A DNA stretch of 64,000 bases from an uncultured delta proteobacterium (GTDB lineage Bacteria; Myxococcota_A; Polyangia; Polyangiales; Polyangiaceae): the NCBI GenBank assembly GCA_963696385.1, contig CAVOKF010000008.1, positions 704,001-768,000 of the forward strand. Direction: 5' to 3'. Positions 19,153 to 28,644 of this stretch are shown piece after piece; positions within the stretch are counted from its first letter, which is position 1; the number at the start of each line of letters is the position of its first letter. The translations under genes were made by a program, and so were the position numbers. The notes beneath the pieces were generated by a model. It searched no databases, was not told the DNA's origin, and worked only from the letters and a program-made list of their open reading frames with translations.

Positions 19153-20742
19153 TCACGGACCACGCACGACGACACATGCGGTGATCCCGCCGATTCCCAG
19201 CATCAACTTCACGCCCACCGCGCCGCTCAACGCACCGCCGTCGTTCGTGACGATGGCGGCGGGTGACCGCACGCGCTCGTGCAGCGCCTCGGCGCGGATG
19301 CCGGTCGGCAGCGCGGCCTTTCGCGCGAGTCCCATCAGAAGGGCGGTCAACTCCCAGCCGCCCGAGTTGGCCATGCCATGACCGAGCTGGCCCTTGCGGG
19401 CCGTGATTCGCGTTCGCTCGCCGATGAACTCCTCGATGAGCGCCAGCTCGTTCAAATCGCCGGGAGTGCCCGTAGCGTGCAGATCGATGAGCGCCACGTC
19501 ACTGGGACCGATGTTCGCTTCCCGGTACGCCCGCGCAATGGCGCGCTTGGGGCCGGTCTTCGAGGGCGTAATGATGTGCTCCGCGTCGGAGGCCAAGGCG
19601 ACGGCCTCCAGCCAGCCACCGAGCGGTCGCAAGCCGCGCTCGGCGCAAAAGGCGGAGTCGCCGAGAATCCATACGCACGCTCCGCCCGACACGTGCGTGC
19701 CTCGGAGCGAGGTGAATGGCATGTTCACCTCGCCGATTCCCGGCATCACGCGCGCATCGTGAAAGGCCCCGACGAGAGTGGGATCGGGGCGCGGATCGGT
19801 CGTGCCGACGATCGCGAACTTCGCATCGCCGCGGACGATGGCCTCGCGCCCGCACTTGAGCGCCACGCCAAAAGTCGAGCAGGCACCGACCGGCGCCCAC
19901 GCTTCTCCGTGGATGTCGAGCAGCATCGTGACCTGGGCGGCGGGCGCGTTCTGGATATTCCAGATGAGATTCGCGCTGACGGCCGTCCAGGGCGGCGGCG
20001 GGCACCCGACCTCCTCGACCAGCGCTCGATGCGCGCGCAGCCGCTTTCGGATCGCGTTGAGGTGCGCATTTTCTTGGTCCTCGTCGTCGGCAGCGAGCCT
20101 TTCGACCGCTGCAAACCGCTCCAAGAAGCCCCGAAGCGCCTCCGACCGGCTCGCCCAATACGAGTCGAATGCGTCAAGCGCATCCCATCGTTGTTGGCTG
20201 TCGATCGGAAACGACGCGGGATCCGCCGGAGGGGCCGCGCCGGCCGTGGCGCCGCCGGCCTCGAAATGACGGCGCGCGTCGCACCGCGCGGGTTGAGCCC
20301 AGAAGTGGTTCCAGGCCCGCTTCGAGCGATCGAGAGCGGTCGCGGCGCGATAGGTTTCCGCCAGATCGCCGACGCCCGACCCGATGAAGACGACGCACCG
20401 TTCGTCGGCTTCGCGGACCAGTCCCTCGAGCCTCGCATCGCTCTGAAGGGCCTGGATCGTCGCGCCCACGGCAAACTGGACGTTGTCGCCCATTTTGGAC
20501 CGCATCCGTGCGACGTACGAGTCTCCGCGACGTTCGCCGATCCACGGGGCGTAGTCGTCGAACGCGAAATCGGGATCGCCCACGGCGAACAAACCGGGAC
20601 CGAGCTCCAGCCGGTCGCTGGGCGACAGGGCCGATTGGCCCTTGGACAGCAGCTGCTCGAGAGCCACGACGTTTCGAGCACCCGGCGCGACGACGCCCCA
20701 CCCGTAGATGCCCACGCGCCGCGGGTTCGGAGACGGTTGCAT
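19153..20742 (-). CDS. Beta-ketoacyl synthase (FabF-like) with large insertion
   Basis: GWGVVAPG, GSGVG, GACSTF (Cys), DAEHIITP, DLHATGT (His), KGQLGHG (His), LGIGG. Confidence 0.85.
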   Translation of the reverse strand: MQPSPNPRRVGIYGWGVVAPGARNVVALEQLLSKGQSALSPSDRLELGPGLFAVGDPDFAFDDYAPWIGERRGDSYVARMRSKMGDNVQFAVGATIQALQSDARLEGLVREADERCVVFIGSGVGDLAETYRAATALDRSKRAWNHFWAQPARCDARRHFEAGGATAGAAPPADPASFPIDSQQRWDALDAFDSYWASRSEALRGFLERFAAVERLAADDEDQENAHLNAIRKRLRAHRALVEEVGCPPPPWTAVSANLIWNIQNAPAAQVTMLLDIHGEAWAPVGACSTFGVALKCGREAIVRGDAKFAIVGTTDPRPDPTLVGAFHDARVMPGIGEVNMPFTSLRGTHVSGGACVWILGDSAFCAERGLRPLGGWLEAVALASDAEHIITPSKTGPKRAIARAYREANIGPSDVALIDLHATGTPGDLNELALIEEFIGERTRITARKGQLGHGMANSGGWELTALLMGLARKAALPTGIRAEALHERVRSPAAIVTNDGGALSGAVGVKLMLGIGGITACVVVRGP

Positions 20743-20822
20743 GGCAGCTCGAAGAACCTACTGCCACTCCAACAAGCAGGAAAGATGCAGGTGCACGGCG
20801 GGGGGTGCCGCCCCGATCCGGC

Positions 20823-22316
20823 TCAATTCACCGGCGTCTGTTGCGTGTAGTCGAGGAAGTTGCCGGTCAGCATGAGCAGCGACAAAACCCTCCACGACGA
20901 CGCGTAGTACTCGCCGCCCGCGAAGGCGTGGTCGGGCGCGACGAGGCCGTAGCCGTCGTTCAACAACGACGGGTACGACGACGAGCTCATGGCGCCGACG
21001 GCGGCAGGACCGACGAACGGGTCCGACAGAGGCGCCCGTACGCCGGCGTCGGGGGCCGGCGTGCCCGGGTTGGGCGTGCCGTTGAGGTTGTAGCCGTCGA
21101 CGATGTTGACCGCCCCGATGTTGCTGAAAAATGAGCTGATCTGCGCCAGGTACGCCGCCGCGCGCGGCTCGCCGTTGAAGCACCAATCGAGACCGATGCG
21201 GAAGGGCGTTCGGCACGCGTCGTACTGGTAGTAGAAAGGCTCACCCGAAGCGGCGGTGCACGGCGCGCCGCTGCCGTCGTTGCACCACCCCGGCACGACA
21301 CCGTTGCTCTGGTTGCCGTTGGCGCTGTTCAACGCGTCCGTGATGGTCGCATAGGATTGGTCGATGACGCCCCACCAGCCATCGCAGTTCTTCGATTGGG
21401 CATAGCCGGCGTCGGTATCGCGCGGACAGCTATTGGGGTCCACCTGGGCGAAGACGCGATAGTAGGAGGGGGCATAATAGGAAATGTTCTGATTGCCATT
21501 GGTTGCCCAGTCGCCGTCGCCCGCTCGAACCCACGCGTAGTTGTATATCTCGGTACTCCATATTTTCTGGATCTGGGTGACGGCCAGGCTCTTGTACGAC
21601 TGCTGCAACGTCCCCTGTCCACCCCACTGCCGATCGGCCATGACCAAGGCGAAGGCCATGTCCTCGTCGGCGTCGGTGGCCGCGCCGCTGCAGGAGGCGC
21701 CGGAGGAACCATTCGGCGCCCAGTTCATGAGTCCGTTCCCATCGAGATTTTTCTGTTCGTATTGCCACAAGCCGTCGAATAGGCTCGGGTCGTCCATGTA
21801 GACGGCCAGCAGCATCCCGTAGCCGATGCCTTCGGAGACGGTCGAGTTGAGCGGCCGGCACCCGTCGACTCCGTCGGTCGAGGTGCGTTGCACGCGCAAA
21901 TAACCCATCGCGTTGTCGCTCGTGACCAGATCGGTTTTCCACTTGGCGTAGGCCGCGACGACCGCGTCGTTCGAATACGCGGACGGATACGAGCAGCCAC
22001 TCGCTTGTCGGTTCTGGGGAAACGGAAAATTGGTCCCCCCGTCGGCCGGCGTCGGACCGCGCGACAGCGACTCCCCGCCGGCTTCTTGCGCCGACGATCC
22101 GGACCCGCCTTGCGCAGAGCTCTGCGCGCTACTGGACGAACTCGTCGGTCCCTCGTTGCCGGCATCGCTCTGCGGCATCGAGGGCGAGTACGTGGTGCCC
22201 TGCGGTCCACTGTCGGCCATCTCGGCCGCGCTGGATTCGAGCCGCTTGCAGCCGGTGCTCGCCACCAGGAGACAGGCGAAAACCAGCGTTCGATGTTCCG
22301 AGAAGCATGTTCGCAT
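20823..22316 (-). CDS. Glycoside hydrolase family 8 lipoprotein (endoglucanase-like)
   Basis: TVSEGIGYGML, LMNW, ATDADEDMAFAL, NISYYAP, YDACRTP; lipobox ASTGC. Confidence 0.9.
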   Translation of the reverse strand: MRTCFSEHRTLVFACLLVASTGCKRLESSAAEMADSGPQGTTYSPSMPQSDAGNEGPTSSSSSAQSSAQGGSGSSAQEAGGESLSRGPTPADGGTNFPFPQNRQASGCSYPSAYSNDAVVAAYAKWKTDLVTSDNAMGYLRVQRTSTDGVDGCRPLNSTVSEGIGYGMLLAVYMDDPSLFDGLWQYEQKNLDGNGLMNWAPNGSSGASCSGAATDADEDMAFALVMADRQWGGQGTLQQSYKSLAVTQIQKIWSTEIYNYAWVRAGDGDWATNGNQNISYYAPSYYRVFAQVDPNSCPRDTDAGYAQSKNCDGWWGVIDQSYATITDALNSANGNQSNGVVPGWCNDGSGAPCTAASGEPFYYQYDACRTPFRIGLDWCFNGEPRAAAYLAQISSFFSNIGAVNIVDGYNLNGTPNPGTPAPDAGVRAPLSDPFVGPAAVGAMSSSSYPSLLNDGYGLVAPDHAFAGGEYYASSWRVLSLLMLTGNFLDYTQQTPVN

Positions 22317-22545
22317 TTGGCAATGCACCGTTGAGGCCCGCGACAGGCGCGGCGGCCAAGGTTTGCGGCTCACTCTTAGCACGCTCGGCCGGCACTTTGC
22401 GCCGTACCCGGCCGGTCGCCCGGACATCGGAGTACGGCGGCAGCAAACGTTTCCTGCCGCGCGGCAGGTCAATCCGGTCGAGTCGCGCTAGGCCTTGCGG
22501 CGACCCACCCGGTTCGTTGGCCGCGGCAACCCCCGCCACCCGCCC

Positions 22546-23709
22546 ATGTTCTCGCATCGATCGCACTTCGACGTGTCGCCCAACCGCATCTCGCGCGCGC
22601 TGTCCACCGCGCGGGCGATCGGGCGTCCCCTGCTCGATTTGACGGAGTCGAACCCGACCCAGGCGAACCTGCCGTACGACCGGACGGCGATTGTCGCCGC
22701 CCTGGCCTGCCCCGGCGCGTTGGTCTACGAACCGACCGCCTTTGGCCTGGCCGCCGCTCGGGAAGCTGTGGCCGATCACATTTCGGCGCACGGTCCCCAC
22801 GTCGATCCGTGCCGCGTCGTGCTGACGGCGAGCACGAGCGAAGCGTACGCATTCGCGTTCAAGATCCTGTGCGACCCGTCCGACGAAGTCCTCGTCCCCC
22901 AACCGAGCTACCCCCTGTTCGATCACCTCGCCGCACTCGAGGCCGTACGGGCCGTCCCGTACCGGCTCGCCTACGACGGCGCTTGGTACGTCGACCTCGC
23001 TTCGGTGCGCGCCGCGCTATCGGCCCGCACGCGAGCGATCGTATGCGTCAGCCCGAACAATCCGACCGGATCGTATCTGAAGCGCCACGAAGTCGAGGTC
23101 CTCGCTTCCTTCGGTTTGCCCATTGTGAGCGACGAAGTCTTCGCCCGCTACCCGCTGCGCGACGATGCCAGTCGCGCCACGTCGGCCCTGAGCGCCCCCG
23201 GCGCCCCGCTCATCGTTGCCCTCGGAGGACTCTCGAAGAGCGTCGGCCTGCCGCAAATGAAGCTCGCGTGGATGGCGCTCGCCGGCGACGACGCACGTGT
23301 CGGCGAGGCGCTCGAGCGGCTCGAGCTCGTCGCCGACGCGTTTCTTTCCGTGGCAACCCCCGTGCAGCGCATGACGGCCGCGCTGTTCGAGGCCGGGTCG
23401 ATCACCGAACGGGCGATCCGCGACCGCACGCGCAAAAACCTCGCCGGGCTGCAGGCCGCCGTCCGCGGATCGTCCGCGTCGCTGCTGGACGTCGAAGGGG
23501 GCTGGTACGCCGTCGTTCGCGTGCCGCGCACGCGATCGGACGAGGCGTGGGCGCTCGCATTCCTCGAACAAGACGGCGTCCTCGTCCACCCGGGCCACTT
23601 CTTCGACTTCGAGACGGACGGGCACTTGATCGTGAGTCTCATCACGCCGGAGGAGATTTTGAAGGACGGCTCGGCGCGGATTCTCGCCAGGCTTGCCCGC
23701 GAGGCTTGA
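22546..23709 (+). CDS. PLP-dependent aminotransferase class I/II
   Basis: LDLTESNP, PSYPLF, SPNNPTG, SDEVF, GLSKSVGLPQMKLAW. Confidence 0.92.
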   Translation: MFSHRSHFDVSPNRISRALSTARAIGRPLLDLTESNPTQANLPYDRTAIVAALACPGALVYEPTAFGLAAAREAVADHISAHGPHVDPCRVVLTASTSEAYAFAFKILCDPSDEVLVPQPSYPLFDHLAALEAVRAVPYRLAYDGAWYVDLASVRAALSARTRAIVCVSPNNPTGSYLKRHEVEVLASFGLPIVSDEVFARYPLRDDASRATSALSAPGAPLIVALGGLSKSVGLPQMKLAWMALAGDDARVGEALERLELVADAFLSVATPVQRMTAALFEAGSITERAIRDRTRKNLAGLQAAVRGSSASLLDVEGGWYAVVRVPRTRSDEAWALAFLEQDGVLVHPGHFFDFETDGHLIVSLITPEEILKDGSARILARLAREA

Positions 23710-24178
23710 CGGCGTCCACGTCACCGGCTTCGCGGCGCTCCCGCATGGCCTTTCGGCTGAGATAAAGGACGATCACCACGTTGAGCGCAAACAGGGCGAA
23801 CCGGACGAGGTGTGGGTGTCGCACCAGCGCGACAATCTCGAACGGCAGCAGCGACCCGGTCGTGGCGACCACCAGCCACGGTCCCCACCATCGGCCGTGA
23901 AATAGCGCCCACCCCTCGACGAGGCTCGTGATTCCGTCCGCGGTAAGCGCCACGACGACCGTCCACAAGCCTCGCCGCGTCGCCGCACTCAAGATCAAAC
24001 GGGCCAGCGCCAGGCTCCACGCGTGGGTGTTGTGCCGCAATTGCCGCGCCAGCCCGACCAGGTGCTGCCCGAGACCCATTCGCATGGCGATGACCATGCC
24101 GAGGGCCAACACCAGCCAGAGTCCGCCCTTGACGAACTTGTAGGCGATGATCAGTACGAGCGCGCGCTCGCGTTGCAT
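23642..24178 (-). CDS. DUF2127-like membrane protein
   Basis: IIAYKFVKG, VEGWALF..RWWGPWL, LLPFEI, NVVIVLYL (C-terminal part of ORF 23642..25606). Confidence 0.8.
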   Translation of the reverse strand: MQRERALVLIIAYKFVKGGLWLVLALGMVIAMRMGLGQHLVGLARQLRHNTHAWSLALARLILSAATRRGLWTVVVALTADGITSLVEGWALFHGRWWGPWLVVATTGSLLPFEIVALVRHPHLVRFALFALNVVIVLYLSRKAMRERREAGDVDAVKPRGQAWRESAPSRPSKSPPA

Positions 24179-24202
24179 GGCGGCGATTGTAGACTTGTTG
24201 GA

Positions 24203-25870
24203 ATGCTTTCGCGTTGCGCGCTGGTCGCCGTCGCACTCGGCTGCGGAGCCGCGTGCACGCAGCCGGTCTCGTCGAGCTCGCCGCCGACCATCGCGGGTCA
24301 TCCAATCCGCGTCGACGCCGAACGCAAACTGCTCGCCTGGACGGGGCAACCAGCGGTTGGGCCCGCCAGGGCGCAGCCGGGCCCCGCGGTCGACGCACCG
24401 TACGCCCGGGTGGCCCAGCTCGCCTGGCAAGCGCTCGAGACGAAGTTCGTGCCGCCCGACGCCGGGATGCCGATCTGGCTCGCCTACTCGCGATTCGACC
24501 CGGATACGTTCGACGGCGTCGCGTGGCCGCACAACCCCGCCGGGTTCTACGCGATGATCACGGACTCGGCCGTACTCTGGCACGCGTTCAGCGGCGACGA
24601 CGCCGCGGTCGATGTCGCCAGAACGGCCCTCGACTACCAGATGGCCCACGGAACGACGCCCGCGGACTGGGACTGGGCGCGGGTCCCTTACGCGAGCGCG
24701 GGCGCGGGCGATGCCGACTACCAGGGCGCCGACGACGCGTGGTGCGACTACTGCGGTCGAGGCGACGGGATCGGAGTCATCGAGCCGGACAAGGTCGGTG
24801 AACTCGGCTTCGCGTACGTGCAGATGTTCGAGCTGACGGGCGACGCGCGCTACGCAGGCGCCGCGATCGCATGCGCCGACGCTCTCGCCAAGCACGTGAG
24901 GCCCGGCGACGATCGGGTCTCTCCATGGCCCTTTCGCGTGTACGCGCTGACGGGGATCGCACGCGAAGAATATTCGTCCAACGTCATCGGAGCCATCATG
25001 CTGTTCGACGAGCTCGACCGCCTGTCGCTCGGCGACGTGACTTCGTACGCCGGCGCTCGCTCGCTCGCATTCGATTGGCTGATGCGCGTTCCGATCCACA
25101 ACGACGCGTGGAGCGGATACTTCGAAGACATCGAGATCCAATCCGATTCCACCCAGAATCCGAATCAGTATTCGGCCCTGCAGACCGCGCGCTGGCTGTT
25201 GACTCACCCCGACGCCGACTCGGAATGGCGCGAGCACGTCGCCCATCTGCTGGCCTGGGCGGTTCAGCTCTTCGGCGCCGACACCGCGACCGAGCGCGGC
25301 GTCCAATGGGGCGCCACCGTCATGAGCGAGCAGGCGGCCGACATGGCGAAAATGGGCAGTCACACGGCGCGACTCGGAGCGACACTTTCGCTTTGGTCGG
25401 AAGCGACCGCCGATCGCGCCGCGCGCGATCGAGCCGCGCGATCGCTCAACTGGGCAACGTACATGTGCGGCGAAGACGGCGTCGTTGCCGTGGGCGAGGA
25501 CAAGAACGAAGGCTATTGGTTCAGCGACGGGTACGGCGATTACATTCGGCACTTTCTCGTGGCCATGGCCGCGGTGCCGGAATGGGCGCCGGCGCTCGAA
25601 AACCACATCCTGCGATCCACCTCGATCGTGACGCAGGTCGCCTACGAGCCGTCACGGGTATCGTGGAGCACGTTCGACGCCGACTCGACCGAAACGCTCG
25701 GGCTTTCGGGGATGCCGTACGACGTGCGGGTCGAAGACGTCGCGCTCGACGAGCGTCCAGACCTCGACGACCAGGGCTACGAGCTGCGTCGGCTCAGCTC
25801 CGGCGGCGTTCTTCTGACGGTGCGCCACCGCTCCCCTGGTTCGGTCACGGTGGTGATGCATGGCGATTGA
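24203..25870 (+). CDS. Secreted hypothetical protein, possible (alpha/alpha)-barrel enzyme
   Basis: Signal/lipobox (ALGCGAAC), Trp/Tyr/Asp-rich helical repeats (ELTGDARY..AIACADAL, SPWPFRV, WSGYFEDI). Confidence 0.75.
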   Translation: MLSRCALVAVALGCGAACTQPVSSSSPPTIAGHPIRVDAERKLLAWTGQPAVGPARAQPGPAVDAPYARVAQLAWQALETKFVPPDAGMPIWLAYSRFDPDTFDGVAWPHNPAGFYAMITDSAVLWHAFSGDDAAVDVARTALDYQMAHGTTPADWDWARVPYASAGAGDADYQGADDAWCDYCGRGDGIGVIEPDKVGELGFAYVQMFELTGDARYAGAAIACADALAKHVRPGDDRVSPWPFRVYALTGIAREEYSSNVIGAIMLFDELDRLSLGDVTSYAGARSLAFDWLMRVPIHNDAWSGYFEDIEIQSDSTQNPNQYSALQTARWLLTHPDADSEWREHVAHLLAWAVQLFGADTATERGVQWGATVMSEQAADMAKMGSHTARLGATLSLWSEATADRAARDRAARSLNWATYMCGEDGVVAVGEDKNEGYWFSDGYGDYIRHFLVAMAAVPEWAPALENHILRSTSIVTQVAYEPSRVSWSTFDADSTETLGLSGMPYDVRVEDVALDERPDLDDQGYELRRLSSGGVLLTVRHRSPGSVTVVMHGD

Positions 25871-26810
25871 CGCGCGGGGCTGCGCGCGTCAAAAAGGCCA
25901 GACGATGGTCCCGCGCCCGCCCGGCCGCGTTGCGCTCGTCGTCGAAGGAGGCGCCATGCGGGGAATTTTCGCCGCAGGCGTGCTCGACGTGTTCCTCGAG
26001 CAAGACTTTTGTCCGTTCGATCTCGCGCTCGGCGTTTCGGTCGGCGCATCGAACATGCTTTCGTATCTCGCGGGCCAGCACGGCCGCACGCGTCGGTGCT
26101 TTCTCGATCAGATGTCGCGCCCGGAGTTCATCGACCCGTGGCGTTTGCTCCGGGGCGGGCACGCCATGGATCTCGACTGGCTGTGGGACTCCATCGAGCG
26201 CGAGGACCCGCTCGACCGATCCGCCGCGGCGGCGAGCGGGGTCGAGTACGCGCTCGTGGCCACGTGCGCGCGAACGGGGCGACCGAGGTACCTGTCGCCC
26301 AACGCCGACGACATGCTCGCGGCGATCAAAGCCTCGTGCGCTCTGCCGGTACTCTACCGAAAGACGGTTGAATTCGGCGGCGATTCCTTCGTCGACGGCG
26401 GCATGAGCGACCCGCTTCCGGTTCGCGAAGCCTACCGGCGGGGGGCGCGCACGATCGTGGTCATCCGATCGCGAGCCACGCACTTCGTCAAAAAGACGAG
26501 AATCACCAACCATGTCAGCGCCTGGGTGATGCGTCGACACCCTGGAATCGCGCGAGCGTGCCGCTCGGCCGCACGAGCCTACGTCGACGGCGCGGCGTTC
26601 TTGGCGGCGCCGCCGGCCGATTGCGCGGTCATTCACGTCGCGCCCCACAGCCGGTTGGCCACCAGCAGGACGTCACGCGATCGCAGCGCGCTCGAGCGCG
26701 ATTACGCCCTCGGACGCGCCCTGGCTCGGGGCGCCATGGATCGCTTCGACCGCCCGATCGGCGCCCGATCCTCCTCTCAGCGACGCGCCGCGGACAACGC
26801 CACGGCGTAG
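25860..26810 (+). CDS. Patatin-like phospholipase (YjjU-like)
   Basis: EGGAMRG, GVSVG nucleophile motif, ASCALP, DGG. Confidence 0.92.
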   Translation: MAIDARGCARQKGQTMVPRPPGRVALVVEGGAMRGIFAAGVLDVFLEQDFCPFDLALGVSVGASNMLSYLAGQHGRTRRCFLDQMSRPEFIDPWRLLRGGHAMDLDWLWDSIEREDPLDRSAAAASGVEYALVATCARTGRPRYLSPNADDMLAAIKASCALPVLYRKTVEFGGDSFVDGGMSDPLPVREAYRRGARTIVVIRSRATHFVKKTRITNHVSAWVMRRHPGIARACRSAARAYVDGAAFLAAPPADCAVIHVAPHSRLATSRTSRDRSALERDYALGRALARGAMDRFDRPIGARSSSQRRAADNATA

Positions 26811-27019
26811 GCCACGGCGGCGACGATCCAGATCGCAGCTCGTACGCGCATGCGCTGCTGCCAACCCCACCAGGGCGCCAGCGGAACGACCCACAGCGCG
26901 ACGATCGCGCGCCAGCGCGGCCGGCGGCGCGTGAGGCCGAGGATCAAGGTCACGTGAACGGTGACGAGCGCGGCAAAGGCCACGACCAATGCGACGACAA
27001 CGAACAGGTCCTGGGTCAC
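26777..27019 (-). CDS. Small membrane protein
   Basis: About 80 aa with three hydrophobic segments, GTG start. Confidence 0.6.
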   Translation of the reverse strand: MTQDLFVVVALVVAFAALVTVHVTLILGLTRRRPRWRAIVALWVVPLAPWWGWQQRMRVRAAIWIVAAVAYAVALSAARR

Positions 27020-27128
27020 GGCATGGGTCCAAAGAGCGTCTTTTTCCGTCGACGGCAATCCCCCGACGACCGCCGCTGTCTACGCCATCGATTGCGCTCG
27101 CGCCGCGCCGGCGTAACGATGGCCGAGG

Positions 27129-27677
27129 ATGAAGCTTTACACGAAGACCGGCGACGACGGGACGACGGGGCTTTTCGGTGGCGTGCGCGTGCGCAAGGCG
27201 AGCGCGCGCGTCGACGCGTACGGAACGGTCGACGAGACGAACGCGGCGATCGGGATGGTTCGTGCTCTCGGCCCCGATCCCGCCATCGACGAGGTCCTCG
27301 TTCGCGCTCAGGCCGATCTGTTCGCCGTCGGCGCCGAGCTCGCCTGCGCGCCCGGCCGCGAGGCGAAACTCAACATCACGCTCGTGGGCACGACCGACAT
27401 CGATCGGCTCGAACGGGCCATCGACGAGGCGGACGCCGCATGCCCTCCGATCACCGTATTCGTCCTGCCGGGCGGAAGCCCCGCCGCGGCGGCCCTGCAC
27501 CTGGCGCGCACGGTATGCCGACGTGCCGAACGGGCGGTGCTGGCGATGGACGATGGCGCGCCGCGTCATGAGGTCGTCGTTTACTTGAATCGTCTGAGCG
27601 ACCTGCTCTTTGCCTTGGCGCGATGGGCCAACGTCAAAGCCGGCGTCGCAGACGTCCCGTGGCATCCGCGACACTAG
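27129..27677 (+). CDS. Cob(I)alamin adenosyltransferase (PduO type)
   Basis: MKLYTKTGDDGTTGL, YGTVDE, FVLPGG, RTVCRRAER, YLNRLSDLLF. Confidence 0.95.
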   Translation: MKLYTKTGDDGTTGLFGGVRVRKASARVDAYGTVDETNAAIGMVRALGPDPAIDEVLVRAQADLFAVGAELACAPGREAKLNITLVGTTDIDRLERAIDEADAACPPITVFVLPGGSPAAAALHLARTVCRRAERAVLAMDDGAPRHEVVVYLNRLSDLLFALARWANVKAGVADVPWHPRH

Positions 27678-28303
27678 TCTAGTCTATAGCCTGTTGCGAA
27701 ACGGGCGGCTGAGGCCGCGGTCGCCAAGGGGGGGCCCCGGTGGCTTGTGGCGGTCCGTTCGAAAGCAGCGTCCGCGCGCGGTCGACGGCTGCCGCTTCTG
27801 GTGGGGCGGCCGCACCCGACGCCGCCGACGGTCGGAGTCTCCGTTCGTCTTGCTGCGCGGTCGACCATGCCGACGACCCACGGCTGCGCATCGGCTTGTC
27901 GATGCGATCGACAAGCTGAGTGAAGGGACCCCGCCAGGATGATCATCGCGAACGTCGATATCGTCGCCGAAGGTGTGGTGATGAACGCGACGACGGAGAT
28001 CGCGACGGCGAGGATAGCGATCCACACTCCTCGGAGGATGAGGCGGAGCGAACGACGTCTGTCCGCGAAGCCACGTCCTTCGTCAAGGTTGGCAGACCTT
28101 CGCCAGGGCAGGTGCGCCAGCGCAAGTGCGCAGTTTGGTGGCCATCGACCGTCAGCAGCGCAAGTGCGCTGCTGAGTTCGTGTTCGCTCCTCGTCGACGC
28201 AAGCGAGCTGCACGACAGCGAGCGGCGCACGCCGAGGCCTGTGCCGAATCCACAGAATCGTCATCAGCAAGAGCGCGACAGCAGCCACCACGGAGAAGAT
28301 CAT
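27674..28303 (-). CDS. IS passenger: putative membrane protein
   Basis: ATG overlaps the DUF6788-like stop (TGATG at 28301-28305). Hydrophobic segments MIFSVVAAVALLLMTILW and VWIAILAVAISVVAFIT..FAMIIL. Reads through the TIR. Confidence 0.45.
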   Translation of the reverse strand: MIFSVVAAVALLLMTILWIRHRPRRAPLAVVQLACVDEERTRTQQRTCAADGRWPPNCALALAHLPWRRSANLDEGRGFADRRRSLRLILRGVWIAILAVAISVVAFITTPSATISTFAMIILAGSLHSACRSHRQADAQPWVVGMVDRAARRTETPTVGGVGCGRPTRSGSRRPRADAAFERTATSHRGPPLATAASAARFATGYRLD

Positions 28304-28644
28304 CAAGTGCTCTCTTTTCGCGCACGTTCGAGCACGCGGTCCTTGTTGAGAACGGCGAGCTCGCGCAAGCGTTGCTGGAGCGTTTGCCAAGCGTCGATGC
28401 CGCGGCGAATGTCCTCATGTGCGGCCTTGGGGACGTAGTAGCCGGTCGTCTTGCCGTCGCCGCGATAGCTCACGTAGAGATGCGGCCCGTGCTTCGGCCC
28501 TTCGCCGTGGCAACGGCAACCGGCGTTGCCGCACGTGCGGTAGGTTTCCGAGACAGAGCCGAAGATCGCCACCTCCGCGAGCCGAGCGATCTCGCCCACG
28601 AGCTTGTTGCGGCGGTCACGCCGCGCGTTTGGTTTGGGCATCAT
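28303..28644 (-). CDS. DUF6788-like small Zn-binding protein
   Basis: GSVSETYRTCGNAGCRC...KHGPHLYVS...YVP pattern; overlaps the transposase 3' end. Confidence 0.8.
   Translation of the reverse strand: MMPKPNARRDRRNKLVGEIARLAEVAIFGSVSETYRTCGNAGCRCHGEGPKHGPHLYVSYRGDGKTTGYYVPKAAHEDIRRGIDAWQTLQQRLRELAVLNKDRVLERARKEST

Noticed and set aside
27129..27677. Functional link of PduO to the Kal-Kce lysine pathway (AdoCbl for lysine 5,6-aminomutase)
   Set aside because: 17 kb apart with unrelated genes between, and no aminomutase in the window
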